Shown piece after piece: positions 25,209 through 36,604 of a stretch of DNA of 64,000 nucleotides. The stretch spans positions 25,027,297 to 25,091,296 of the forward strand of contig JARFYF010000029.1 of NCBI GenBank assembly GCA_030265395.1, given 5' to 3'. This DNA comes from Rhina ancylostomus (lineage: Eukaryota). The position numbers and the translations under genes are program-made. Below the pieces are notes generated by a model that saw nothing but the letters and a program-made list of their open reading frames with translations, was not told the origin of the DNA and did no database searches. Position 1 is the stretch's first letter. Each line of letters starts with the position of its first letter.

Positions 25209-25996
25209 CTATATGACGTCTTTAGGCAGCTTTTTAAATTTCGGTCATCGAGCTCTTCTTGGGGTTTTTCATTTACATTCGGGTCATCCCTCTTGTGACA
25301 AAGGACCACATAATTTTTGTGATCATTGTTTGCCCAGTAAGTGCCATCGTGAGTTTCATAGCGGATGGCAAATTCGACCTTGGCGCCGTCTTTCAGATAA
25401 GGGGGGACTAATTGAATTTTGAACGTGAACTGGTCCGTTTCTCCATCATAAGAATCGGCCACATAGTCAGCCAGGATGTCATAGTAACTCTCCCAATTAT
25501 TTAATGTCATCCGGATGTACACTAGTTTTTCATACGATATATTCAGTACACGAATTAGCCCTTTCATGCAGTTCGTACCCGGGGGAAACTCTGTTGATTC
25601 TAGTTNNNNNNNNNNNNNNNNNNNNNNNNNNTTCAATTGCTCGGGGGAGGACGACAACTCAAACAGTGGCAGCAGAAGGCATTCATCCAGGGGTGCCCGT
25701 TCATCCTGCGCTCCAGCGCCCAGCGAGCAGCTGCCCACGTCCCACTTGTCATACTCTCTCACTGATACAAGATCCAGGCCAAATGCATCAGCAAAAGAAA
25801 CTTTTCGACTAAGGTTTAACGGAGGTTGCGAGCTTTCGTCTGAGGAAGAACTCCGTCTTCGTGGAAGCGGGGAAGACTTTGGTTTAATCCAGATCTCACT
25901 GACGTTTTCGTCCTCTGCAAAGACATCATTCTCAGCAGGCAGACCCAATAAACTGACCGAAAAATGTGGGTTTCGGTTTTTCTCGGCAGGCTCCAT
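25209..25996 (-). CDS. PPP1R3A: PPP1R3A coding exon 1 (PP1-binding RVxF motif and CBM21 glycogen-binding domain)
   Basis: ATG at 25996 (MEPAEK). Contains RRRSS, RKVSFADAFG (25793-25807) and CBM21 motifs GLIRVLNISYEKLVYIRMTLNNW and VEFAIRYE...YWANND..NY. Donor TATAG|gtgagg. 26 Ns at 25606-25631 keep the frame. Confidence 0.96.
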
Positions 25997-26114
25997 CGGT
26001 GTGGGCACAGTTTACTGAAGCAGGATCTCCCAACTAGTGGCTGGAGATATTTCTGGCAAACAAATTTTAACACAACGGCTTTGGTTACAGTTGACATTGT
26101 AAAAGAGCTCAGGT

Positions 26115-26124
26115 CTATTAATAG
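26115..26124. promoter_or_regulatory. MEF2 consensus site in the PPP1R3A proximal promoter
   Basis: CTATTAATAG is a perfect CTA(A/T)4TAG match about 120 bp upstream of the ATG of a striated-muscle gene. Confidence 0.65.
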
Positions 26125-26972
26125 CTGCACTGGCTTGTGAACTATGCTCGTCTGCTTTCTCGCAGATTTACTCCTCCTAACATCGGCTCCTTGTTTTTGG
26201 CTCCACACAGTGCAATACAAAAGAAACTTTAACTGTAGAGAAGTGTCACCACTTGCAATTAAGGCAAGATGCTCATGAAGATGTCAATTTATAGCTTGTT
26301 TCTCGCCNNNNNNNNNNNNNNNNNNNNNNNNNNNNNNNNNNNNNNNNNNNNNNNNNNNNNNNNNNNNNNNNNNNNNNNNNNNNNNNNNNNNNNNNNNNNN
26401 NNNNNNNNNNNNNNNNNNNNNNNNNNNNNNNNNNNNNNNNNNNNNNNGGCTGAAATATGATTCTCTCTCCACAGGTGTAGACTGACATGCAAAATGACCT
26501 CAACATTTTCTGAACACGTGAATGTTGTCAGTCTCCTTCGGTTCTGGAAGAGAACTGTGGAACTCCATAGAGGGGACTGTTTAGCATTACCTTGGTTTTA
26601 CACCACACGGAGTGCAAGTCCAGTGGTGCCTCAAACTCCATTTACTAAATGTTCACGAAGTCTAGCTTACTTATTTCTGCTTTGATGTAAACAAAACAGG
26701 ATTATCTTCTCCCTATTTCCATTTATTTTCATACATAACTATTGAGAAAGAAAGCTGCTCCCACCTACACTGAGGCACATCCACAGCTCTCCCGAGGTAA
26801 ACTGCTATCATTCCAATCAGGGAAAAGTCAGGTAATGTGAGTACACTTCCAACTGGTTGAAACAAACTACAGCTGCTGGTCTCTGAGCAGGGATTTCAGT
26901 GGATACGAACTATTATATATACATTAACCTTTGTTGGACCTTGAGAGTGTAGAACCTGGTTCCAGCACAACT

Positions 26973-27076
26973 CCTCCTGATATCTCAGCTTAGTGAACTT
27001 CTATATTTACAAGAGGCTTGCACAGTTCCTCCTGATATCTCAGGTATTGGACTGTTATATTTACCAGGGGCTTGTG
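26973..27076. repeat. Local tandem duplication (two copies, ~55-bp period)
   Basis: cctcctgatatctcag...tatatttac.ag.ggcttg occurs twice in succession. Confidence 0.75.
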
Positions 27077-27199
27077 CATCCTTTTACTTTAGCTTTGTGG
27101 GAGACATGTGGATCAAGGATTCTTCCATTTTCTGAAACCCACAAGATAACATTGTATTAAGTCCCAATGACCCCTGCCTTCTGATTCCTAGAAAACTCT

Positions 27200-27350
27200 G
27201 GATGCTGAGTCACTATATTCAAGGCCGAGAAAGATTTTTGGACTACACGGAATCAAGGATCAGACAGGAAATGGAGTCAAAGTCAAAAGTCACTAATACT
27301 GGAGCAGGATTGGGCAGAGTAAGGCCTCTTTCTGCTCCTAAAATTCTTAT
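27200..27350 (+). mobile_element. CR1 3' end fragment
   Basis: atattcaaggccgag...ggaatcaagg...ggagcagg...ggcctctttctgctcct resembles a CR1 tail. Confidence 0.55.
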
Positions 27351-27634
27351 TGTTATTGTGGTACATTGGGTGCATCTGTACTATTAAGAACCACATGTAT
27401 CATGTGTATTGGCTTCTTAAAGCATTGCCACCACTATAGTTATATGTTGTCAGCCATGAATATAGAATGTTTGGCTAGAAGTTCTATCTTGTGCAGTTGC
27501 CTCACTGGACAACAATAAATAGAAGAACATATAAACACTACATTGATGATGAGTTTGGTATATTGCTACCAAGGAAGAATGAGGTAGAAGAGAATGGAAT
27601 TCCTAGATAGAACAATAATGATGATAGGGAGGGG

Positions 27635-27880
27635 TGTCACAATGTTGATCCGGAGCAAACTCACAGAGAACCCAAATGCGGCACACTGATACAAGACTGG
27701 AGTCAGGANNNNNNNNNNNNNNNNNNNNNNNNNNNNNNNNNNNNNNNNNNNNNNNNNNNNNNNNNNNNNNNNNNNNNNNNNNNNNNNNNNNNNNNNNNNN
27801 NNNNNNNNCATGGAATCCATGTGCTGGACAACAAGGCATTAATGGAGCCAAATTGAGGGCCAGAACTCAGAACCATGACA
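27635..27880 (-). mobile_element. Solo LTR (Gypsy-like) with 5-bp target-site duplication, internal gap
   Basis: Termini TGTCA...TGACA are flanked by AGGGG on both sides (27630-27634 and 27881-27885). Strand is a guess. Confidence 0.8.
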
Positions 27881-28647
27881 AGGGGATGTGGTGGAGCTTG
27901 TAAAGAAGATGTTGCAGCCTCTATACCTGGATGGGCAGAGATGTCCTGAGAGAAAATGATTTCTAGGTCCCTGGGAAAAAAATAAAATAAAAGGACACAA
28001 TGATACACAGGATATTACTACTATTAGTAGGTAAGAGATACAAGAAATGCTGGTCACTTTATTAGTGCCATGAACCACAAATGAACTTTCTTATTAAGAT
28101 ATTGTAAGAAATTTTCTGGGTCATTTTAAGCCTACACTTTCAGAGACTTTCACAGGTTGCACATTCACTAATGTAAACCTGAGACCAGAAGTGATAGTGG
28201 ACAAATATATTGTCAAGTTAAAATAACCAGCAAAAAGGTTCAACTTTTTGACTTTTTTAGATTGGCACTGATGGATTGTTTGGTATGTGAGCAATTCTGT
28301 ACCAAGCTAACCTTGTGGTGTAGACAGGAAGCAAGACCAAAGAGATGGCAATGGGGGATGGTATTCTTCTTCAAGCCTGAGCAATGCAAATATTATGTCC
28401 TTGGCAGGAAAACACTACATCATAAGTGCTGAAGCAGGAAGGCTGTGAGATTGTGAGGCTCCTGTGAGGGGAAAAGGCAAGAGCCCTTCCTCTGCCATTA
28501 TGGAATGCACCATAACGATGGAGTAATTCATGTGCTGGAATTAGAGAGTTTAGGAGGTGCGGTTGAGTAATTCTAATGGAATTTACTGTAAACCTATGGA
28601 GAGAGTTACATTAGTGATCTCCTTATCAATTGAGGACATCATTATTA

Positions 28648-28778
28648 GGGCGGCATGATAGCGTAGTGGTTAGCATGACGCTATTACAGCGCCAGTGACC
28701 TGGGTTCGATTCCCGCCGCTGCCTGTAAGGAGGTTATACGTTCTCCTGTGCCTGCATGGGTTTCCTCCAGGTGCTCCG
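28648..28778 (+). mobile_element. V-SINE 5' part (young), truncated by a gap
   Basis: A box tagcgtagtgg and B box ggttcgattcc. Highly similar to 30785-31030. Confidence 0.85.
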
Positions 28779-28878
28779 NNNNNNNNNNNNNNNNNNNNNN
28801 NNNNNNNNNNNNNNNNNNNNNNNNNNNNNNNNNNNNNNNNNNNNNNNNNNNNNNNNNNNNNNNNNNNNNNNNNNNNNN

Positions 28879-28958
28879 CAGTCCAGCATGGAATCCATGT
28901 GCTGGACAACAAGGCATTAATGGAACCAAATTGAGGGCCAGAACTCAGAACCATGACA
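28879..28958 (-). mobile_element. LTR end, same family as 27635-27880
   Basis: Near-identical catggaatccatgtgctggac...cagaaccatgaca. Confidence 0.8.
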
Positions 28959-28959
28959 C

Positions 28960-29260
28960 CCACTCGCACTTCTCTGACCCTTGACTACTGTATTTCATTG
29001 AAGCTTAACGTAAGCTGTTGGAATAACAGCCGACCTTTAGACTAGGCATGATGCAGCCTTCATGTTTCAAAATTGCGTTCAGCGGTTTCAGGTAATGTTT
29101 CTGTTACTTCCATTTACACCAACTTGAGACCTACTTGTTCTGATGAAAAGTCATTGTACTGAAATATTGCCTCTGTTTCTCCATCTCCAGGTGCTACCTT
29201 ATCTTTTAACTATTTCAACATTATCTGTTTTTATTTTAGCCTTCCAGCATCCTTGATTTT
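28960..29260 (+). mobile_element. Penelope-like element 3' remnant (GIY-YIG C-terminus and terminal repeat)
   Basis: Reads RKLLE*QPTFRLGMMQPSCFKIAFSGFR, similar to the PLE motif KLEEQHLIFRLGTLQPxGLNIEFxNF, followed by the ctgatga...gaaa terminal repeat. Confidence 0.65.
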
Positions 29261-29394
29261 GTAGTGTTTGCAGGTTTTGTGACCAGGGTTGCTGAGGTTA
29301 ACTGATGCTATTTCGTCAGTTTAGCTAACTTGGCTGAAACCACAAACTGAATTCTGGGCTTTTTGCATTGTACGGTTTGTAAATCATGACTTTC

Positions 29395-29520
29395 AGATTC
29401 ATAGACAGAGACCATATGGGAATGGACCCTTCGGCTCACCAAGACTCATTTCATTAATCTAATCTCATTTCTAATCTCATTAGAATGATCTCATTTCATT
29501 CTCCCCACATTCGTATACCA
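29395..29520 (-). mobile_element. V-SINE/CR1-type 3' tail fragment
   Basis: ggacccttcggctcacc...attctccccacatt is similar to the tail of the 15.3-kb copy. Confidence 0.5.
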
Positions 29521-30767
29521 TTTGAGCTGTGAGATGTCTTTTTCTCCCTGCTCCTTGATATGACATGTTTCAAATTTATGTATATTTTAAAAATCATATT
29601 TGCACATAATTTAGTAATTTTCCCATGTATGAATATTTAATGGGTTGATTTCATCCTCTCTGACATCCTATGATCATGTGACAGTGGTTTAAGGAATTAC
29701 TGCAAACACATTTGTAACTAATTTAGATCTGGTGACAGGAACTGTGACCTTAATAATACTATGTTACAGTATCTGCATCATACATCACTGAGCTTAAAAA
29801 AATATTTACTACAGCTCTGACCAACATATCTCCCTTTCTCCTCGAAATCCCTGGGATGAGTAGTTTTATGGTAGTTTTTAAAATAAACCTCATTGTAAAT
29901 CGTTCATGTATATTTGCATAAGGGAGCCCAAAGCTGAATTTTATCATGAGCAATGTTTTTATTTGTTGATCATTTCATGGATTTCGACGTATTTGCAAAT
30001 GTTTTGTAATGCTTGTAACATTTTTAATAACTCTGAGTTCTGTGGAATTCTATACCAATAGTTGAACAATTGGTTTCATTGCTTAAAAAAAATAAGCACT
30101 GCTTGTGCTGAAGTTTAACATTGAGAAACCAATTTAAAAAGTAAAGTAATAATGCAATGGTGGTCAAGGTAAATTGGGAAGTTCTCACCAGATAATTCAA
30201 AATTTAAGTTGTTCTTTCCAAATGGAATGGAAGTTTGAGATGGTGAGGATTTTTGAGGTCCTGGTGGAGAATGAGTTAAAAAATCAGAGACTTTAATTCC
30301 AGGCAAAAGAGTGTCTTGAACTTTAACAATATATAGTTTATTGGAGCAAGCAGAATTGATGCATTGATGTATGCTGACTGAAATGAGACTTCTAGGCAAT
30401 TTGCAAACTAAAGGCAGTAGGAGACCAATACCAGTGAAATTGTTATGCAAGTAAGAGAGAAATATTTCTAATGACATTTAAATATATATTTTCTTTCCTT
30501 CCAGAAAATAATATTTATGTTCATGATTTACTCACATTCCAACAAATTACAATGGTTGCAAAAGCTAAAGGTGCCAGTCTCTTCTCATGTGATTTGAAGG
30601 TAAGACGCAAGGTGTGCCAACAGTATTATTACTTGTACCTAGTATTATTACTTGAATAATAAATCTAAAGATGATGGTGAAGATACTGACCCTATCACTG
30701 CAATCTTTGGATTACCAAGGATAAATCTCGCCATTTATCTGCTTCCGCTTACCGTATGATTGGCTTT

Positions 30768-31035
30768 GGCACGGTAGCATAGAGGGGTGGCACGGTAGCA
30801 TAGTGGTTAGCACAGTGCTATTACAGCGCCAGTGACCCAGGTTCGATTCCCGCTGCTGCCTGTAAGGAGTTTGTACATTCTCCCGTGTCTGCGTGGGTTT
30901 CCTCTGGGTGCACCGGTTTCCTCCCACATTCCAAAGACGTACGGGTAGGTTAATTTGGGGTTTAAAAAATGCGTGGTGTGGACTCATTGGGCCGGAAGGG
31001 CCTGTTACCATACTGTAAATAAAATTTAATTTAAA
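30768..31035 (+). mobile_element. Young full-length V-SINE with intact Pol III boxes and duplicated 5' end
   Basis: tggcacggtagcatag occurs twice. A box TAGCATAGTGG, B box GGTTCGATTCC, V-domain and AT-rich tail are present; CpGs are retained. Confidence 0.88.
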
Positions 31036-31289
31036 TTATTAGCATGTGCATAAACACTGCAGGAAGCCAGTTGGTTATATTACAAGTAGGTTGTACTGAG
31101 AATATCTGAAGCAGTTTCTGTTGTGAGAGTAAACATTTACTGTGGAGGAATTCTGTGCTTATAGGAGACATAGGCTACTGAGTTGCCAGTGAAGGCAGAA
31201 GATTATTGATTATGGTTATGGGCCAGAGTTATGTTCCTACAGATATGGCCACTGATTGAATTGACTTACTTGAACTGTGAGACTGTGTG

Positions 31290-31770
31290 TTAGAATTAGA
31301 AGTAGAAGGAAGCCAATCAGCTCCCTTGACCCTGCCCTGCCACTCAATAAGATTATGACTGATCTTTCATCTCAGAGCCACTTTACTGCACTAACTTCAT
31401 TTCCCTTCATTCCTTTAACATTCAAAAATCTAATGATCTTTGTCTTGATTATACTCAGTGATTGATTCTCTTCAGCCCTCTTGGGTAAAAAGTTCCAAAG
31501 ACTCATTACTGGCTGGGTGAAAATAATTCTTAATATCTCAGACCTGAGTAGCCAACTTTAATTCTGATACTGTGAGCCATTGTTTTACATAGCCCAGCCA
31601 TGGGAAACATCATCTCTGCTGCATCTATCCTCTCAAGCCCGATACAAATCACCTCACAGTCTTCTAAACCCAAGAGAATATATGCCCAAACAGCTTAATC
31701 TCCCCTCATAATACAAATCACCTATCACAGGAATCAACCTTTACGAGAATACCTTTCCTTAGATAGGTAG
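31290..31770 (-). mobile_element. CR1 3' fragment
   Basis: ccctgccactcaataagattatgactgatc tail and downstream sequence are homologous to the 8.6, 16.5 and 59.3 kb copies. Confidence 0.75.
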
Positions 31771-32499
31771 ACTATTGGAGCCTATTGGTTGCGTCAGTAA
31801 ATCATGTGGGACCTGAAGATCCAATATGCATTACTAAATACTTACTTGCTTTCTCTCTCCTAGTTTCTACACTCACATTCTATCCAAACAGTCAGATAGT
31901 TTGCTTGGTTCCTAGAAATAAAGTGTATTCCCTGACTTGAGGTTCTGGGTATCCACAGAGAAGCAATACAGTTAGTCCTATAGTTTGATTCTGGAACACT
32001 AATTGACAACATGAGAGAGAGCAAGCATTCATCCTGGGACAGAGCAGCTTGTGTCTTTCCCTTGATACCCCTGCAATTTGAAAAGGGCTGTACCTCAAGA
32101 CTCCAACTGCACAGACCAACATAATATATGGAGGTAAGAGATTGGAAACTTCTTTGTATTTTAAAGCCAGAGGAACTCAAAAGCCAAGAATAGCATAGCT
32201 TGAGTGTTCACCAAAGCTGCCTTTAGAGGCTTCATCATTGTGGACCCATACTAAAATGTTCAAAGTGCTGAGCACAGGTTTTGCAACTGATTGTGTTGTT
32301 TCTCTACCCTTATCAAATTCACATTGTAAGTGAGAGCTGGACTCCTTCAAGTCCTTGACCATTATTTTCATGTTAACTGGCAGCCAGTCTAATACATAAA
32401 ACAGCTGAGAGTATTTAGATTTTTGTCCAGATCTCTTGAATAGGCTGGGTCTAGTAAGTCTTCATTACCGCTTTTCATTTGAGTGGTAAGAAATAAACT

Positions 32500-32722
32500 T
32501 GAAATTAAGAGTGGTAGGACATAGAAGATCCCAAGGCACCATTCCAAAGAAGAGAAGGGAAATTATTTTTGGTAACTAGACCAATATAATTTTATTTGGA
32601 CTTGCACAAGTTGGCTGCTACGTTGCCTACATTACTATAGTACTGGCACTTCAGAAGTACAACATTAACAATAAAATGTTTTGGGATATCTGAAGGGGAT
32701 ATCAAAGATGCCATATAAATGC
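32500..32722 (+). mobile_element. Deu-domain SINE fragment
   Basis: agatcccaaggcac...gttggctgctacgttgcctacattac...cacttcagaagtac...atataaatgc is the reverse-complement counterpart of the 38.3-kb copy. Confidence 0.6.
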
Positions 32723-34685
32723 TCCAGCTCCATCGCAATAAAAAATGCTAAAAATTCTTTCTGAAAATTCTGCTCTGATGGAGACTCAAAGGACAAAAGG
32801 TAAATGCATGTAAGTATTATTAATCTGAAAGAGAGAATGTGGAAAAATTTAAAACCAATGTTATGTTGTTGGAATTCATCAGTGACTCTGAAAGTATGAG
32901 TGTGCTACCTGTTCATTAATGGCTTGAACACCAAAATTAATAGGCCTGTATATATTTAACCAAGATAGTTTCCACTTTCTCTTTGCTATACTTTATAATG
33001 AAAAAGATTAATAATATGACTTCCTTACAAATATCTTTGTAAACAATGAAGACCTAAACTTTGAATGTTAGCTTAAGAGTGGCACTTTAACCAGAGTGAC
33101 AAGTAGAATTTGCCTTCTTAATCTGTGTGTATCTTACTTCAGCCCCAATGCTAGTGAACCTTAATAGTTTCTGCATTAGTCTCAGGTAGTAAGTGGGTAC
33201 ATAACAGAGAAACGTTGGATTCAGTATATGTTGCACTCAGATACAGTAAATGTTTTGAACAGTGATGCAGTATATTGTTCATCATTTTTTCCCTAAAGGC
33301 AAGTTATTTTCCTTTGCCAGTAACAATTACATGGCTCTGTCATAAACAATATCTACAATTTGTGGATGTATGCAATTCTAATTCATGCATTTGGTTTGCT
33401 ATGGGCCTTGCTTAATTATAACAAACTGTTTCCAACTAACAAGTTACCGATTAACAAGTTAGCTATCAGTTGGATAGAAAAATGGATAATCATTGATATA
33501 TTAGACATCTTCAACAGAACCTCCAATGAAGGCAAGGATGAAGGCAAGAGTGATGATGTAACATGGAGGAGATCCAGAAGGATTCCAACTTTGCTACCTA
33601 ACATTCAACTGATAAATCCCAAACTCCACTACCATTCATGAAAAAAATGAAAACATCTACCAGAACCCATCATTCACCTATATATTTCATTGGTTGCAAA
33701 GGAAATCCTTTGATCACCCATGCATTGACTGAGTCTGGCTTCAATTTGTACAGTTAGAAAAACAGTATACAACATAACATCTCTGAATGACCACTTCATA
33801 AATGTGATTAAATGTGAAGAAGTGAAAGGAATTACTGGAGCATCTCCTCAAATAACCTGAACGATTTTGCTCATGGTGATTTCAGGTGGTATGTAAAACG
33901 AAGGCACTGGAGAGACGTAGAAAGCTTTGCTATCTTGAGTTAGAGTATGTCACACTTCTGTTCATTGTGATTTTTCCAAACAAGTTCTGTTATTGGGACA
34001 GGTTTATAATAGACGAGACCTATGTGTGCAATGGTGTATTTAGATCTATAATGTGGAGACATTATTTTAACAGCCATAAGATGGAAATGTATAGATATAT
34101 AATAAGTAGAATGTGTGCTTCCAGTGAATATCTGGACAAGTCAACCTATAGGTCACTAGTGGGGGATTACTTAATTCCAGGAAGTCCTCAGTCATTTATT
34201 ACAATTTTTACTTGACTAATATAAGATGCTTGTTTTAGTAAACACCTTGTGTGATGTTGACCAAAAAAAAGGTATTGTATTAAACATTATTGTACTTTGA
34301 GAAACTTAGAGATAAAATTTTTGCAGAAGATAACCATTTATTCCAGCCAATACCACACTTATATAGCTGATTTTGTTCATTAGTTTAAATAATGTATTTT
34401 GTTTTAATTATTTGCTTTATTTGAAATGGTTTATGGATCAGTTTTTAAGCTACTTGCAGTAATCAATGGCTGTGCTAACTCACTAAAGTTGATACGGATG
34501 TGTTCATTTCAGTTCAAATTCATTAGCGACTGTTGTGGAAAGTTCAGTGGGATTCAATTGCATTCTGACAAAAAATGGCATCATGCCATTATAGCTGTTA
34601 AATATAAAACTGTTTTTGCAATTTTCCTTTGCAAATTTCCTTTTTAATCTCTTGCCTCATTTTTCACTACATTCTCACTTAGAGT

Positions 34686-34750
34686 GAGAAAAAAAGAAAA
34701 AGGGGAGGGAGAGAGAGGGGGGGAGAGTGAGAGAGACAAAGAGAGAGAGC
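34686..34750. repeat. Purine-rich (GA)n-like low-complexity tract
   Basis: Seen directly in the sequence. Confidence 0.8.
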
Positions 34751-35076
34751 AAAGAGTTCATCAGTATGTAGGCTCTTGCCAGTGTACTATAAATAGTAGC
34801 AGTGATGTGTGTGAGAGCAGTCAAAGATCACTGTCCTTAAAGTTTACTCTTTCCATGTGGGAAAGGCCACTTCTCTGCATGTAACCTGATGTTGTGGCTA
34901 AAGTCATAAACTCAAATGTTTGGGGAATTCTGCACAGAGTCATGTCTGTTCTGATGGAAAGGCGAGGCATGCTGCACGTGTGCCACAGCTTTGTTCCACT
35001 GCCGTGAAAGTGCTTCCAACATAAAATTTTCCCTCGTCTTACAAAATGTAGTCAGCGAATTAGGGAGGTGACACAA

Positions 35077-36570
35077 TTATATCAGTCTGTCATAGGCAGT
35101 TCCTTCAGATTGTGAATGACTTACTTCCATTCTGGTTTTGTAGGTTCTGGGGTGGGAAATGAGGCCAATGTGGGAGCTGCAGACCCTTGCAAAGATGAGG
35201 TAGGTTGTGGCTGTTGGCGCAGGAGGTAGGTAGTTTGTCGGGTGGTGCACTCCTTCATCCACTTACACAGGGCCACACTCTGTCCTCCATGCATGGCCTT
35301 GAGATTCTCAATACCACCCCAAATGTTCCTTCTTCACTTTGTGTGGTCATGTGCCAGAGATTCCCAGGATTAGTGGAGCTTGGACATTTGTAAAACAAGG
35401 TTTTCAGCACATCCTTGAATCTTTTCCTGGTAAACTCCTCCCATGACCAGATCCAGAACAGTGTTTATTTCAGGAACCTGGTGTTGGGCTTGCAAGTGAT
35501 GTGACCTCCCAGTGCAGCTGGCTTGGTCTAGCAACAACAGTGATGTTAGGGATATCAGGCCAGGAGAAGGCAGTGGTATTGGTTTGTTCATCCTTCTGAG
35601 AAGTTAGAGGATTTTGCAGAGATACGGTTGGTAGTTTTTTTTCAGTGTCTTGAGAAATTTTTTGCAGGTAGTCCAAGTCTCAAAGGCATATGGGAAGGCA
35701 GGGATTCACTGCTCTCCAGTTCACTGTGCAATTTGTGCTAGGTCTGAAGTTTTGTTCTTCAAATTCTCTTCTCTCAATTGATCATAGGCTGTGGTGGCAC
35801 ATTGAAGGTGGTGGTAAAATTCACCATCAGTGTTTGCCTCTGAGAGTTGGCTCTTGATGTATGTGAAGTGGTCCATGTTTTCCAGGGTCTTACCATGGTC
35901 CTTTATGGTTGGAGAGCAACATGGTCCAGCAGGGCAGGTTGAGAGAGGACCTTTTATCTAGTAGATATTGAGTGTAAGACCCATCCTCTTGTATGCTTCC
36001 ATGGAAGTGTCAAGGATGGCTTGGAGCTCAACTTATGAAAACATGCAAACACAACATACTTGCAAACTGATCTTGACTTCTGAGGAATCTTGGTTTTATA
36101 GTGTAGTCACCATTGGCTAAGATTCCTGTTAGTTCTTAAGTTAGCACCACTCCCACAAGAAATTTGTTGAAGTTGAGATGTAACATTGTGGCAAGAAATT
36201 TTGAGACAAGTGCTGGGGAAATAATGCAGGCTGTTTCTCACCGGTCTTGACTGCAGATTGTTCTGCTGTAAACCCACTGGTTAATACTGCAGTTTGCATG
36301 CCATCATAGAGCAACTGCAGGATGGAAATGAATTTCTGTGGGCAGCAGAATTTAAGGAGGGTGTTCCATAGTCCCTTTTGATTGATGGAGTCAAAGGCTT
36401 TGGTAAGGTCAAGAAAGGCCACTTTTTGGTGTTTGCTGCTGTTCCCTACATTTTTCTTGAGTTATCTCATGGTGAAGACCATGTGTACCATGCCTCTGGA
36501 TGGACAAAATCCACACTTTGATTCAGTGAGCAGTTCTTCAGCCCCTGAGAAGAGATGACTGAGGAGGTTT
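35077..36570 (-). mobile_element. RTE-clade (BovB-like) LINE remnant
   Basis: AFLDLTKAFDSINQKGLWNTLLKFCCPQKFISILQLLYDGM...VKTGEKQ, and the C-terminal SHIGLISHPRTYK typical of RTE ORFs. Confidence 0.85.
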
Positions 36571-36604
36571 AATGCTAAAATACACCATCGTTTACCAAGA
36601 TGGA

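Larger units (their letters stand above)
2621..25996 (-). other. PPP1R3A: PPP1R3A gene model: join(25996..25209,11543..11485,11377..11253,5290..2621), 3642 nt CDS, ~1213 aa
   Basis: All junctions are GT-AG with phases 2,1,0 giving one open frame. Introns are 13665, 107 and 5962 bp. The architecture RVxF + CBM21 + long acidic disordered region + C-terminal hydrophobic anchor is diagnostic of GM. Confidence 0.93.

Noticed and set aside
25997-26008. GTG start extending exon 1 (MPTP)
   Set aside because: The ORF track uses alternative starts. The ATG at 25996 (MEP...) matches the known GM N-terminus.
28648-28720. tRNA-like sequence (also 30785-30860)
   Set aside because: These are SINE heads continuing into the V-domain, not tRNA genes.
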